Shown piece by piece: positions 30,802 to 42,944 of a stretch of DNA of 64,000 nt (its first letter is position 1; each line of letters starts with the position of its first letter). The notes under the pieces were generated by a model. The model had not been told where the DNA came from and made no database searches. It was given only the letters and a program-made list of their open reading frames with translations. The stretch is from Candidatus Latescibacterota bacterium. Lineage in GTDB: Bacteria; Latescibacterota; UBA2968; GCA-2709665. A program made the position numbers and the translations under genes. Where the stretch lies: assembly GCA_965237675.1 (NCBI GenBank), contig OZ250150.1, positions 1,312,001 to 1,376,000 of the forward strand. Direction: 5' to 3'.

Positions 30802-33279
30802 ATGTTCTGGAATTATCTCAAAGTAGCTTACCGAAATCTGGTGCGGCACCCCCTTTATGCCGCGATCAACGTGGTGGGCCTGGGCATCGCGATAGCGTTC
30901 TGTGTACTGGCGTTCCTTTATGTACGTCACGAGTGGACTTACGATGCGTTTCATAAAAATGCTGATCGCATTTACAGGGTCTACGCGGAATTTGAAAGCA
31001 GCCGAACTTCAGACAATACACCAAGGGCATTGGGGCCTACGATGTCGGAGGCGTTTCCGGACGTCCGTTCCGTTAGAATGAATTCCGTGGCGCGCCTGAT
31101 CCGTCATCGAGATCAAACGACTCGTGCAGGCTTTCTTCAGGCAGATCCATCAATTCTGGAGGTTTTCTCCTTTCCTCTGATCAAGGGAAATCCGGCCACC
31201 GCGTTGGAGGCTCCGGACTACGTGGTGATTACCGAAACCATGGCTGAGACATATTTCTCAGGACAGGATCCGATCGGAAAGTCGATTTCCGTCCGGGATG
31301 TCGAACCGAAAGTGATAGAATTGGCTGGCGGAGGATCCGGGGTGCGTATGATCTCCTTCGGACTAACGCAACCGTCACCTGAAACCAAGCAGGAAGAGTC
31401 GGATAAACTTCCGACTCAGGAATTGACTGTAACCGGTGTGATCAGGGACATTCCCAAAAACTCCACCCTTCGCTTTGACTTTCTCTTTGCTTTCAACCCT
31501 GCGGTGCAGAAACGGGAATGGGACATCGTGAACACTTACGTTTTGCTACCGGAAGATCTGAGCCCCCTGGAAATGGAGCGCCGGCTTGACGACCTTTCGA
31601 TACCGTGGCCCGGGAGCCGACGCCCGGAGAAGCTGAAGTTGCAGCGACTTAGAGACATTCACTTTAATTCTGGAGACATCGGCCCCGACCTTAGCGTCGG
31701 TCGCGTAATTAGCCGTCCCGGAAAGCCCGTCCATTCGTATATCCTGGCGGGCATTGCGATCCTCGTGCTGATCGTGGCCACAGTCAACTATACGAGCCTT
31801 TCGGTGGGCCGGTCGTTTTCTCGCGTCCGCGAAGTCGGAATGCGCAAGGTGGCCGGGGGTATACGAACGCAACTGGCGAGGCAGTTTCTGGCGGAATCGG
31901 TTATGCTGACACTGATCGCGGTTGCGCTCGGGCTGGCTCTGGCCGAACTGTTCATGCCGGGTTTCAACAGTCTGATCAGCAGGAAATTTGCCCTGTCCGA
32001 TCTGGCGGATTCGACCTCTCTCGTGTTTCTACTTGTCCTGGCTCTGATTGTAGGCATCGTCGCCGGTGGTTACCCGGCAATATTCATGTCCGGATTCCTT
32101 CCCGTCGACGCGTTAAAAGGGCGGTACAAGGTGGATCGAATGGGCTTTTTCAGCCGTGCGCTCGTGGCATTCCAACTGACCATCTCCACGTCATTGGTGA
32201 CATGCATGACCATAGCGTCCATACAGATGAACATGCTGAAATCAAAACCGCTTGGTTTCGAGCCCAGCCATGTCGTCGTCGTTCGGCTATTCGGGATATC
32301 CCAGAGAATGGACTTGGCCAAAGCGTTCGAGACGGCCATCCGGCCATACCATTCCGTCTTGAATACTACGAGAACAGCACACGGATTCAGCAGTTTAATG
32401 CGAAGTAGTTCTCACATCAGTTGGAAGGGGACGACACTGAAAGGTGTTGAGAGCATTTTCTGTGATACGCGTTTCCTCGAAACAATGAGTATAGGGCTAA
32501 TGGAGGGTCGAAATTTCGAGCTAGATAGCGACGCGGAGACATCGGTAATTGTAAACGAATCTCTCGCCAGGAGACTTGGATGGGAAGCGCCTATCGGCGA
32601 GACGATTCGACTTGGCAGGAAGGAACAGACGGTTATCGGTGTCGTCCGGGATTTTCATTTCCGGTCCCTTCACCACGCCATCGGCCCCGCGGTGTTGCAA
32701 TTGCAGGCGACCTCGTCGTCCGCCCGGCCCCGGGCGGACTTCAGATTCCTGCTCATGATTCGGATTCGCCCGGACAATGTCCACGACACACTTGATTACC
32801 TGAGAGAGAAGTGGGTTGAAATCGTACCGGATGTTCCGTTTAACCATAATTTCCTGGATGAGGAAATAGAACGACAATACCGGGAGGAACGACGGTGGTT
32901 CAGAATCGCGGGCTACGCGACTTTCTTTGCCGTATTCATTGCATGCATGGGCGCATTCGGGCTGACGTCGCTCACCGTCGCCAGGCGAACCAAAGAAATC
33001 GGGATTCGGAAAATCCTTGGCGCGCCGACATCACGTATCGTGTCTTTGCTGACCCGGGAATATGTGATCCTGGTCGCAATCGCCGGTCTGATTGCATGGC
33101 CGGCGACCTACGTCGCGGCGGAGCACTGGCTGCGAGATTTCGCGTATCGCGTGGATCCCGGGATAGGCACCTTTCTGCTGGGAGGCCTGCTCATGCTTCT
33201 CGTGGTGCTTCTGGCGGTAAGCCTGCAGGTCGCCCGTGCCGTCCGTTCGAATCCCGTGGACGCGCTGCGGTATGAGTGA
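30802..33279 (+). CDS. MacB/FtsX-type duplicated ABC permease (paralog 1)
   Basis: NYLKVAYRNL, R.REVGMRK..G, RRTKEIGIRKILGA, NPVDALRYE; AAGGAG RBS. Confidence 0.93.
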   Translation: MFWNYLKVAYRNLVRHPLYAAINVVGLGIAIAFCVLAFLYVRHEWTYDAFHKNADRIYRVYAEFESSRTSDNTPRALGPTMSEAFPDVRSVRMNSVARLIRHRDQTTRAGFLQADPSILEVFSFPLIKGNPATALEAPDYVVITETMAETYFSGQDPIGKSISVRDVEPKVIELAGGGSGVRMISFGLTQPSPETKQEESDKLPTQELTVTGVIRDIPKNSTLRFDFLFAFNPAVQKREWDIVNTYVLLPEDLSPLEMERRLDDLSIPWPGSRRPEKLKLQRLRDIHFNSGDIGPDLSVGRVISRPGKPVHSYILAGIAILVLIVATVNYTSLSVGRSFSRVREVGMRKVAGGIRTQLARQFLAESVMLTLIAVALGLALAELFMPGFNSLISRKFALSDLADSTSLVFLLVLALIVGIVAGGYPAIFMSGFLPVDALKGRYKVDRMGFFSRALVAFQLTISTSLVTCMTIASIQMNMLKSKPLGFEPSHVVVVRLFGISQRMDLAKAFETAIRPYHSVLNTTRTAHGFSSLMRSSSHISWKGTTLKGVESIFCDTRFLETMSIGLMEGRNFELDSDAETSVIVNESLARRLGWEAPIGETIRLGRKEQTVIGVVRDFHFRSLHHAIGPAVLQLQATSSSARPRADFRFLLMIRIRPDNVHDTLDYLREKWVEIVPDVPFNHNFLDEEIERQYREERRWFRIAGYATFFAVFIACMGAFGLTSLTVARRTKEIGIRKILGAPTSRIVSLLTREYVILVAIAGLIAWPATYVAAEHWLRDFAYRVDPGIGTFLLGGLLMLLVVLLAVSLQVARAVRSNPVDALRYE

Positions 33280-33607
33280 TGGCGGGCAGACAGAAATGTC
33301 TGCCCCACCTTCACGCCCGCCTGTCATTCTGAGCGGAGTCGAAGAATCTCCCGTCTGCTCGATTGTCCTTAGGCCGGAAACCCACGGTAACACATTTGCG
33401 CGGAGACATCCTCAGCCTGATGGCATCCTCAGCATGACAATCTTGGCCAACGAATGGCGGATGCATTACCCTGATTGTTATTAGATAGCATGTCATTCTG
33501 AGCGAAGTCGAAGAATCTCCCGTCTTTTCGGTTGTCCTTAGGCCGGAAACCCACGGTAACACATTTGCGCGGAGACATCCTCAGCCAGACGGCTTCCTCA
33601 GCATGGC
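33280..33607. repeat. REP-like hairpin plus two tandem ~117-bp GTCATTCTGAGC...CTCAGCATGAC elements
   Basis: Copies at 33322-33439 and 33491-33607; same family at 42618, 42827 and 46704 (left end only). Confidence 0.8.
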
Positions 33608-34934
33608 CGTGCAGGCGCAGGGCGGGCTGGGCCTGGCGAAGCCGCGCCACGGAAGACGCAGGAGGTCGCCCTACATGATCGCAAACTACCTGAAAGTCGC
33701 CATACGCAACCTGATGAGGAACAAGACCTTTTCGGCGATCAACATCCTTGGTCTTGCAATCGGAATCGCGTGCTGCATCCTCATTTTACTCTATGTTCAG
33801 GATGAACTGAGCTATGACCGACACCATAAAAACGCGGATCGAATTTTCCGGCTTGCCGATGAGGTTCGCGTGAGTGGGAAGACGCTTCGTATTCCGATGA
33901 CGTCGTTCCAGATGGGTCCGGCTCTCGTGCAAGATTATCCTACGGTGTTAGATGCTGTCCGGTTTCACAGATTTGATGAAAAATTGCTGGTCGGAAACCG
34001 CCTAAATCAATCCTATGAGCGCGGTGTGTTGTTTGCGGATGCCAATGTATTCCGGGTATTCGATTTTCCCCTGAGCAAGGGAAATCCTCAGACAGCACTA
34101 AAGGAGCCCAAATCTATTATCCCTACGGAAGCGATGGCGCGAAAATACTTCGGGGACGACGATCCGATGGGACGGATCCTTTCGGTGGGCGGGAAGACGT
34201 ATAACATCACCGGTATCCTGGAGGGCGGTTCCTACAATACCCATCTGCGGTTCGATTTTCTGGCGTCGCCCGTTGAGCGTAACGATTGGATCTCTCGCGA
34301 TTATTACACCTATCTGCTCCTTCAGGACAAACACGCTGCCGACGAGTTAGAATTGCGTTTACCTGAATTTATCGACAGACACATTGGGAAAGTACTCAAG
34401 GCGGGAGGTATGCAGCTGAAGCCCTTTCTCCAGCCATTAACAGATATTCATTTGTATTCCGGTTTGGAATGGGAAGTCAGTCCAAACGGGGATATTCGAT
34501 ACATCTATCTCTTCCTCGTTATCGCCTTTTTCGTTTTGCTGCTTGCCTGCATCAACTTTATGAACCTCTCGACCGCGCGCTCCGTGTACCGGTCAAAGGA
34601 GATCGGCATACGGAAAGCGGCCGGCGCAAAACGGCCGCAATTGATGTGTCAGTTTTTAGGCGAGTCGACTTTGGTAGCTTCAATCGCCATAATTATCGCC
34701 GTTGCGCTGGTCGAAATTTCGCTGCCCTCGTTTAGAGCCATTGTAGAACGCGACCTGGTTTTAGATGTTCTGAGAAGTGGGGACGTTTTGTTGGTTCTGG
34801 TTGGCATTGTTCTGATTGCGGGGGCGCTCTCCGGAAGTTATCCCGCCCTGTTCCTCACTGCCTTTCAACCAGTCGCCGCGTTAAAAGGCGTTACGGATGC
34901 CAGTCTGAAAAAACCGTGGACGCAAAAGACGCTA

Positions 34935-36115
34935 GTGTTTTGTCCCTAAAGTAACTTGACTATTTATTGAGCCTGTCCTATGTTCTCTCTACACGCTTCT
35001 TACACCCATCGGGAAAGGAGAGAACCATGGGACGCGGTCGTCCTCGGAAGCCCATTGTGTTGTCTGGCCAGGTCCGTGAGGAACTCAACTCACTTTCAAC
35101 CTCTCGTACGTTGTCGCATGGTCTCGTGCGACGTGCCAAGATCGTCTTGATGAGCGTCGAAGGTCTCAGTAACCGGGTGATTGCCCAAAAAGTCGGGCTG
35201 AGCCAGCAGAGCGTCATCACCTGGCGTAACCGCTTTCTCCAGCAAGGATTAATGGGTCTGTATGATGAACGCCGTTCGGGCAGACCACGCACGGTTGAGG
35301 CCGAAGACATCACCGCACTGATCCGCAAGACGCTGACCACAAAACCCGAAGACGGCAGCACCCATTGGACGTGTCGTTCCATCGCTGCCGAAACGAAGAT
35401 ATCCAAATCCGAGGTGCAACGTATCTGGTCCACATTGGGGATTGCGCCACACCGTCAGAAGCACTTCAAGCTATCTAACGATCCCTTCTTCACAGAAAAA
35501 GTCCACGACATCGTCGGTCTGTATCTGGACCCACCGGATTCTGCGATAGTGCTTTGTGTCGACGAGAAAAGCCAGACGCAGGCGTTGGAGCGTACCCAGC
35601 CGCTTTTGCCGATGGGGCTGGGATATGTGGAGGGCGTGACGCACGATTACCGCCGCCACGGCACCACGACGTTGTTCGCTGCCCTGGACATTGCCTCGGG
35701 CGAGGTGTTGACGCAATGCAAGCGCAGGCACCGCCACCAGGAGTTTTTGCAGTTTCTCAACCACATCGACCAAAACGTCCCTGATGATCTCGATGTGCAT
35801 TTGATCGTCGACAACTATTGTACGCACAAACACACCAAAGTGAAACGATGGCTTTCACAAAGACCCAGATACCACGTTCACTTTACACCGACCTACGCAT
35901 CCTGGCTCAACCAGGTCGAGATCTGGTTCAATATCATCACTCAGAAGGCCATCAGGCGCGGCTCCTTCAGATCTGTCAATGAACTTATCGACAGAATACA
36001 AACCTTCACCGACAACTACAACGACACGTCGAAGCCTTTCCTCTGGACCGCCACCGCACAATCGATCATCCAAAAAGTCGAACGATTTTGTAAAGCTATT
36101 TCTGGGACGGGACAC
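34935..36115 (+). mobile_element. IS630-family element
   Basis: Imperfect IR GTGTTTTGTCCCTAAAGTAACTTGAC versus GTGTCCCGTCCCAGAAATAGCTTTAC; TA duplication within CTAG. Confidence 0.95.
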
Positions 36116-36118
36116 TAG
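35027..36118 (+). CDS. IS630 transposase
   Basis: CVDEKSQ, DNY..HK, SWLNQVE DDE motifs; the stop codon is formed by the target TAG. Confidence 0.95.
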   Translation: MGRGRPRKPIVLSGQVREELNSLSTSRTLSHGLVRRAKIVLMSVEGLSNRVIAQKVGLSQQSVITWRNRFLQQGLMGLYDERRSGRPRTVEAEDITALIRKTLTTKPEDGSTHWTCRSIAAETKISKSEVQRIWSTLGIAPHRQKHFKLSNDPFFTEKVHDIVGLYLDPPDSAIVLCVDEKSQTQALERTQPLLPMGLGYVEGVTHDYRRHGTTTLFAALDIASGEVLTQCKRRHRHQEFLQFLNHIDQNVPDDLDVHLIVDNYCTHKHTKVKRWLSQRPRYHVHFTPTYASWLNQVEIWFNIITQKAIRRGSFRSVNELIDRIQTFTDNYNDTSKPFLWTATAQSIIQKVERFCKAISGTGH

Positions 36119-37339
36119 GCGTAGTTCAATTTACCATCTCCATTGTTCTTGTGATTGGGACCGGCGTGGTATATGACCAGGCGGGTTTTATTCGCAACAA
36201 GCGCCTTGGATTTCAAAAGGAACAGGTAGTTGTAATGCCGGCCGTCAGTCGCCAGGCAATGAAGCGATATGGAGACATGGTATCGACACACAGCGCCGTA
36301 TTAAACGTATCCGCATCGTCGACCGTGCCGGGCCGAGAAATCGCCAGTCATTTTTTCCGACCCCTCATGGACGACGGACACAATGACGTACTGGTGATGA
36401 ATGTAATGTTTGTAGACCATGAATTTATCGAGGCGTTTGGTATTGAAGTTGCAGATGGAAGGGCTTTTTCGGAGGATTTCGAAAGCGATCGACACGGGAC
36501 ATTTATGCTAAATCAAGCGGCCATGCAAAAATTGGGGTGGGCTTCCAGTGAGGATAAAGACTTCGCGCATGTCTATAATGAATCTGGTGAAATTAAAGTG
36601 AACGTTCAGGGAGACGTGGTGGGGGTTGTAAGGGACTTTCATTATAAATCTCTCCATCATGAAATCGAGCCGCTTGTGATCATGTTGGTAGACGGTGCAT
36701 GGACAAATTACCTGTCGATCCGGATACGCCCGGATGATGTTGCCGTCACACTGGATTTTCTCAAAACCCAGTGGCGCGAGGCCGTACCGAATACGCCGTT
36801 TGAATATTCCTTTCTGGATACGTCATTCGACCGGCTATACCGGACGGAAGCTCGGTTGGGGATGCTATTCGGCAGTTTCTCCGTCCTGGCGATTGTTGTG
36901 GCAGGTCTTGGTTTGTTTGGCCTGGCGTCCATTAGCGTCCAACAGCGTACCAAGGAAATCGGTGTCCGAAAGGCGGTGGGGGCATCTGTTTCCAGTATTG
37001 TTTTGCTCTTGTCCAAAGAATATGTCCTGCTTGTGGGGGCTGCCAATTTGATCGCCTGGCCAGTCGCCTACTATGCGATGAACCGGTGGCTGGAGAATTT
37101 CGCATACCGGGTTGATCCGGCGATCTCGACGTTTGTTCTCGGTGGCCTTCTGGCGTTGTGCATAGCGCTTTTCACCGTGAGCTACGACACCTGTAAAGCA
37201 GCCGGGGCGAATCCCGTGGACGCGATGCGGTATGAGTAGAAGCACCGAGGTTACCGGGAGACGTTAGACCTTACAGTAAGACTTCAACGCAAAGTGCGTG
37301 CATGTCAATTCACGCTGCTTGCATACGGTCAGGCGTTGA

Positions 37340-37428
37340 ACTCCCCCCACCGCATCAGCCGTCGCCGACCCTTCGACAGGCTCAGGGGACCGGCTCGGCT
37401 TCTGCGACTCCCCTTCAAGGGGGGAGTG
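37340..37428. repeat. Composite palindromic intergenic element
   Basis: ACTCCCC...GGGGAGT terminal hairpin with internal CCCTTCGACAGGCTCAGGG. Confidence 0.5.
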
Positions 37429-37579
37429 ATCCGAGCGCCAAACGGGCTCCCGTTCAGTTCCACCCATTTGGTTGCGGCTGAACAACGCCAATCCGCGATA
37501 GGCGTAAGTTTACGGGAAGTTTGAAGGCGACGGACGAAGAACGGTTCCTTGAAGAATCCAATCCGCGAGGAGTCGATTG

Positions 37580-39952
37580 ATGTTCTGGAATTATCTCAAG
37601 GTAGCCTGGCGGAATCTGCTGCGGCATCCGCTTTATGCCGCGATCAACGTGGTGGGTCTGGCCGTCGGGCTTGCGTGTTGTCTGTTGGTTCTGATACTCG
37701 TATTGGACGAAGTCAGCTACGACAAGTTTCACGAAAAGGCGGACAGAATCTATCGCGTCCTCTGGGACGGGCAGTTCGGGGACAACGCATGGACTACGCC
37801 ATTGAGTCCTGTTCCGGTGGCTGAAGCGCTGTCCAGCTTTCCTGATGTGGAGCGCACGGTACGCATGCGTCGGGAACGGCGCACGCTTCGGGCCGGACAA
37901 ACGCGCACAAACGAGTCCGGCTTTTTTTACGTGGAGACGGGCTTCTTCGACGTGTTTACCGTGCGTTTTATAGCAGGAGATCGGGTGACCGCGCTTCGGG
38001 ACCCCGATTCTGTTTTGATTACCGAACAGACGGCGCGGCGATACTTCCGGGGTCAGGACCCACTGGGACAGCCGTTGAACCTGGCCGACGGTTCGACGTT
38101 GCGGGTCACGGGCGTGGTGCGAGAGTTTCCTCAGCAGTCCCATTTTAAATTCGACTTTCTTGCACCATTGTGGACGCTTCCCATAGTAGAGCAACGCAAG
38201 ACGCAATGGGGATCGGCTACCACTTATACATATGTCGTTTTGAGGGACCAAACCAACGCTTCCGATGTGGAAACGAAACTCCGCGAGTACGTCAAACGTC
38301 GAGGGCTGGCGGCAAGCGCTACCCGATCAGGGGGTTACAGCCGGTTCCGTTTGCAACCGATGACGCAAATTCACCTGCGCTCACACCACAATTACGAACT
38401 CGAGCAGAATGGCGACATTGTGCAGGTTTATATCTTCAGCCTGGTTGCCGTACTTGTTCTGTTCCTGGCGTGCGTGAATTTCGTGAATCTGCACACGGCG
38501 TTGTCAACCAGCCGGACTCGGGAAATAGGTATTCGAAAGGTGCTGGGTTCCCGACGCGGGCGACTTGTCCGCCAGTTTCTCATCGAGTCGTCAATGCATT
38601 TTGTTCTGGCGCTCGTTCTGGCACTGGGGCTCAGCGAATTGGTGTTACCCCAACTGGTGAACCTCACCGGAAAACATTTGTCGATGAGTAGCCTGAGTTC
38701 TCCGTCGGTCGTTCTGGCGTTGAGCGTAGTATTCGTGGTAGTAGCCGCACTGGCCGGCACATATCCTGCACTCTTGCTGTCGTCCTTTCGGCCTGCGGAC
38801 GTGTTTACAGGGCGAATTGCGGCGGGCCTCGGCGGTAAGCGGTTGCGTAATGGGCTCGTTGTGGCGCAATTCTCCATCTCGATCGGAATGCTCATCGGGG
38901 TTTTGGTGATTCGTGACCAACTTCGTTATTTGCAGGATAAACCACTTGGTTTCGACAGAGAAAACGTACTTGTGGTTCACGGGGCCAGGAGTCTTGGGCG
39001 GCAGTCCGACGTATTCCGGGAACAACTCGAAGCGCTTGCCCCGGTGGTCGCGGCCTCAGTTACCCAAAGCGTTCCCGGCAAAGACTTCGACTCTACGTTG
39101 TTCCAGCCCGAACAACCTGCCAACTACGAAGAGACCTCGCTCACCTACGCGACAGTTGATGAGCATTTTGTGGAAGCCGCGGGGCTGGAGGTCATTCAGG
39201 GCCGGAATTTCGATCCTGCAGAATTCCCTTCGGACTCCACGGCGTACCTGATCAACCGATCCGCCGCCTCGATACTCGGGTGGGACGACCCGGTTGGAAG
39301 GCGCATGACGTTTGCGGGCCGTGAAGGAAAAGTTATTGGAGTGGTCAAGGACTTCCATTACCAGTCACTCCGGTACCGGATCGAACCACTGGTGCTTCCT
39401 TTTCTCCGCTGGGGCCGTTCTTATGTCGTCGTGCGGTTGCATCCCGGCAGCGTGGCCGATGCTGTATCATCGGTGCGAGGCTTGTGGGAGGAATTCGCAC
39501 CCGATCAGCCATTCGAATATACCTTTCTGGATAGCGACTATCTCCGGCTCTACGAAAACGAACAACGGATGATTCTTGTAGTGCAGATATTCTCCGGCCT
39601 CGCGATTTTCATCGCCTGCCTTGGTCTCCTGGCGCTGGCTTCCTTCGCGGCTGGAAAGCGGAAAACAGAGATCGGCATTCGTAAGGTGCTGGGGGCCACA
39701 GTGGCGAGCATTGTGTTCCTGCTGTCCAGGGACTTTGCGCGGCACGTGCTGATCGCATTTGTTTTCACGTCGCCAATCGCGTATTACGTCCTGTCTCGGT
39801 GGCTGCAAGATTTTGCCTATCGCTCGGACATCGAATGGTGGATGTTTGCGGTCTCCGGGGGCCTGGCGATGGGTATTGCACTCTTGACCGTCAGCGGACA
39901 GGCGGTCCGGGCCGCGACGGCCAACCCTGTGGAAGCACTGCGCAGCGAATAA
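37580..39952 (+). CDS. ABC permease paralog 3
   Basis: Same MacB/FtsX architecture; GAGGAG RBS; ends NPVEALRSE. Confidence 0.93.
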   Translation: MFWNYLKVAWRNLLRHPLYAAINVVGLAVGLACCLLVLILVLDEVSYDKFHEKADRIYRVLWDGQFGDNAWTTPLSPVPVAEALSSFPDVERTVRMRRERRTLRAGQTRTNESGFFYVETGFFDVFTVRFIAGDRVTALRDPDSVLITEQTARRYFRGQDPLGQPLNLADGSTLRVTGVVREFPQQSHFKFDFLAPLWTLPIVEQRKTQWGSATTYTYVVLRDQTNASDVETKLREYVKRRGLAASATRSGGYSRFRLQPMTQIHLRSHHNYELEQNGDIVQVYIFSLVAVLVLFLACVNFVNLHTALSTSRTREIGIRKVLGSRRGRLVRQFLIESSMHFVLALVLALGLSELVLPQLVNLTGKHLSMSSLSSPSVVLALSVVFVVVAALAGTYPALLLSSFRPADVFTGRIAAGLGGKRLRNGLVVAQFSISIGMLIGVLVIRDQLRYLQDKPLGFDRENVLVVHGARSLGRQSDVFREQLEALAPVVAASVTQSVPGKDFDSTLFQPEQPANYEETSLTYATVDEHFVEAAGLEVIQGRNFDPAEFPSDSTAYLINRSAASILGWDDPVGRRMTFAGREGKVIGVVKDFHYQSLRYRIEPLVLPFLRWGRSYVVVRLHPGSVADAVSSVRGLWEEFAPDQPFEYTFLDSDYLRLYENEQRMILVVQIFSGLAIFIACLGLLALASFAAGKRKTEIGIRKVLGATVASIVFLLSRDFARHVLIAFVFTSPIAYYVLSRWLQDFAYRSDIEWWMFAVSGGLAMGIALLTVSGQAVRAATANPVEALRSE

Positions 39953-40125
39953 TGTGAAACCTGGTCGCCGAATAGGGTGGGAGCCCTGAACGCTTCAAGC
40001 GATCGACCGGTCAACATGACCCTCGATCAACTCAGGGGCTTCCCGCCCGTGAAATTGCCGTTTAGTGGTTTTGCGCGAGGACGATACGCGACTGAATTCG
40101 CTGAAGACGCCCGGTGCGAGTTGAC

Positions 40126-42510
40126 ATGATCGCAAACTACCTGAAAGTCGCCATTCGCAACCTGATGAGGAACAAGGTATTTTCGGCGATCAATATCCTT
40201 GGTCTTGCAATCGGCATGGCCTGCTGCATGCTTATTCTTCTGTACGCTCTGGATGAACTCAGCTATGACCAACACCATAACAATGCGCACCGGATCTACC
40301 GGCTTGCCGAAGAGATACAATCGGGAGGGGTGCCCCGTCGGTTCGCCATTACATCGTTCCCGATGGGTTCAACTCTCGTTCAAGAATTTCCGTCAGTAGA
40401 AGATGCGGTCAGATTTCTCCGGAAAGATGAAAAGACGCTTGTTGCAAATGAGCAGCGTCATTTCTACGAAAGAGGCGTCCTGTTCGTGGATGCGAACGTC
40501 TTCCAGGTCTTCAATTTTCCCCTGAGCAAGGGAGATCCTCAAACCGCACTCCTGGAACCAAATTCCATTGTCTTGACGGAAGCGATGGCTCGGAAATATT
40601 TCGGCGACGAGGATCCGATGGGGCGGACGCTTTCGGTGGGCGGCAATACGTATAAGATTACGGGTGTGTTGAAGAACTCCAAACACAGATCGCATTTGCG
40701 GTTCGACTTTCTGGCATCGCTAAACATCAGCAAGGGTTGGCTTAGCATGGACTTTTATACCTATCTGCTCTTGCATGCCACGCAGGCTGCCGACGAGGTC
40801 GAAACGAAGTTGCCGGATTTTATCGAAAGACACATCGGAGCAGAAATGGAAGCTGCGGGTATACATTTGAAACTCTTTCTGCAGCCCTTGACCGATATTC
40901 ATTTGCATTCCAGCATGGAATTTGAAATCAGTCCCAACGGGGATATCCGGTATGTCTATCTCTTTCTGGTTATCGCGTTTATTGTTTTGCTGCTTGCCTG
41001 TATGAATTTTATAAACCTATCGACCGCCCGCTCGGTGTACCGCGCAAAGGAGATTGGTTTGCGAAAAGTGGTCGGGGCAAAACGCGGAGAGCTGATCGGT
41101 CAATTTTTGGGCGAATCGATGTTCCTGGCTTCATTGGCCGTTATTTTTACCGTTGTGGCGGTCGAGATCCTGCTGCCCTCATTTAAGGGCTTTGTCGAAC
41201 GCGACCTGTTTTTTGATTATTTGAAAAGCCGGGACGTTTTGTTGCTCTTGATCGGCATTGCGCTATTTACGGGCGTACTATCCGGGAGCTATCCCGCCCT
41301 TTTTCTCTCGGCGCTTAACCCGGTCGTGGCATTAAAAGGGTTGGTGGACGCGGGTTCGAAGAAATCTGCTATGCGAAAGACGCTTATTATTGTCCAATTC
41401 GCAATATCCGTCATTCTGGTCATTGGGACCGGTTTGGTCTATGACCAGGCCGAATATATTCGAAACAGGCGCCTTGGATTTCGGAAGGAACATATCGTTG
41501 TCATGCCGAACGGCGGTGGAGAGCCGGAGCGACGCTACCGAAATAAAGTGTCGGCACACAGCGCCGTACTGAATGTAACAGCCTCTTCGACTGTACCAGG
41601 CGGAGGGATGTCCGCTAATGTCTTTTACCCCCTCACGGATGGTACATACAAAGATGCTGTGCTGATGAATGTGTTTTATGTGGATCACGGGTTTATCGAG
41701 ACGTTTGGTATTGAAGTATTGGAGGGGAGGGCATTATCGGATGACGTTGCAAGCGATCGCAAGGGGGCCTTTATGCTGAATCAAGCAGCGATGAGTAAAC
41801 TGGGGTGGACTTCCTGTGCGAATAGACAGTTTGGAATGGACGTCCATGGAGAAGGTGCTGAAATGAGAGCGGGACTCCAGGGAGACGTTGTGGGGGTTGT
41901 AACGGACTTTCATTACAAGTCTCTCCATCATGAGATTGAACCGCTGGTGATCATGATGGGCGGGGGGTGGACAAGAGACTACCTTTCCATCCGGATACGG
42001 CCGGACGACGTTGCCGGCACGCTGGATTTTCTCAGAAACCAGTGGCGCGAGGCCGTACCGAATACGCCGTTTGAATATTCCTTTCTGGATACGTCATTCG
42101 ACCGGCTATACCGGACGGAAGCTCGGTTGGGGATGCTATTCGGCAGTTTCTCCGTCCTGGCGATTGTCGTGGCAGGTCTTGGTTTGTTTGGCCTGGCGTC
42201 TATCAGCGTGCAACAACGTACCAAGGAAATCGGTGTCCGAAAGGCGGTGGGGGCATCTGTTTCCAGTATCGTTTTGCTCTTGTCCAAAGAATATGTCCTG
42301 CTTGTGGGGGCTGCCAATCTCGTCGCCTGGCCGATCGCCTACTATGCGATGAACCGGTGGCTGGAGAATTTCGCATATCGGGTTGATCCGGAGATCTCGA
42401 CTTTTGTGTTAGGGGGATTGCTGTCGTTGTGCATTGCGCTTCTCACCGTGAGCTATGAGACGTGCAAAGCAGCTCGGGCGAATCCCGTGGACGCGTTGCG
42501 CTATGAGTGA
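40126..42510 (+). CDS. ABC permease paralog 4
   Basis: MIANYLKVAIRNL ... NPVDALRYE. Confidence 0.93.
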   Translation: MIANYLKVAIRNLMRNKVFSAINILGLAIGMACCMLILLYALDELSYDQHHNNAHRIYRLAEEIQSGGVPRRFAITSFPMGSTLVQEFPSVEDAVRFLRKDEKTLVANEQRHFYERGVLFVDANVFQVFNFPLSKGDPQTALLEPNSIVLTEAMARKYFGDEDPMGRTLSVGGNTYKITGVLKNSKHRSHLRFDFLASLNISKGWLSMDFYTYLLLHATQAADEVETKLPDFIERHIGAEMEAAGIHLKLFLQPLTDIHLHSSMEFEISPNGDIRYVYLFLVIAFIVLLLACMNFINLSTARSVYRAKEIGLRKVVGAKRGELIGQFLGESMFLASLAVIFTVVAVEILLPSFKGFVERDLFFDYLKSRDVLLLLIGIALFTGVLSGSYPALFLSALNPVVALKGLVDAGSKKSAMRKTLIIVQFAISVILVIGTGLVYDQAEYIRNRRLGFRKEHIVVMPNGGGEPERRYRNKVSAHSAVLNVTASSTVPGGGMSANVFYPLTDGTYKDAVLMNVFYVDHGFIETFGIEVLEGRALSDDVASDRKGAFMLNQAAMSKLGWTSCANRQFGMDVHGEGAEMRAGLQGDVVGVVTDFHYKSLHHEIEPLVIMMGGGWTRDYLSIRIRPDDVAGTLDFLRNQWREAVPNTPFEYSFLDTSFDRLYRTEARLGMLFGSFSVLAIVVAGLGLFGLASISVQQRTKEIGVRKAVGASVSSIVLLLSKEYVLLVGAANLVAWPIAYYAMNRWLENFAYRVDPEISTFVLGGLLSLCIALLTVSYETCKAARANPVDALRYE

Positions 42511-42944
42511 TGGCGGGCAGACAGGAATGTCCGCCCCACCTTCACATCGGCTTCCTCAGCATGACAGTTCGGGCGAGTGGGTGACGAAGACGTTTTGCCG
42601 ATGATGATAGGCTGATCTGCCATTCTGAGCGAAGTCGAAGAATCTCCCGTCTACTGCCGTTCCACGCAGGAGGCGGCCGTGCTGCCTCTCAGGTATTGAC
42701 ACGTGCAAATCGCGTGGGGATGATCCAATGCCGCAGTAGATCCTTCGTCTGCCTGGCGGCTTCCTCAGGATGACAGTTTGTACCGACACTTGACCGACAG
42801 TTTTCGTCAACGGTTATTGCAAAGCATGTCATTCTGAGCGGAGTCGAAGAATCTCCCGTCTACTCGATTGTTCGAAAGGCAGATACCCACGTAAACACAT
42901 TGGCGCGGATACATCATCAGCCGTTCGGCCTCCTCAGCATGACA
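42511..42944. repeat. REP-like hairpin plus GTCATTCTGAGC-family elements
   Basis: 42511-42540 matches 33280-33309; elements at 42618-42775 and 42827-42944. Confidence 0.8.

Larger units (their letters stand above)
33675..37239 (+). pseudogene. ABC permease paralog 2, interrupted by IS630
   Basis: Removing the IS and one TA restores ...[20 protein letters not shown] in frame, matching paralog 4. Confidence 0.92.
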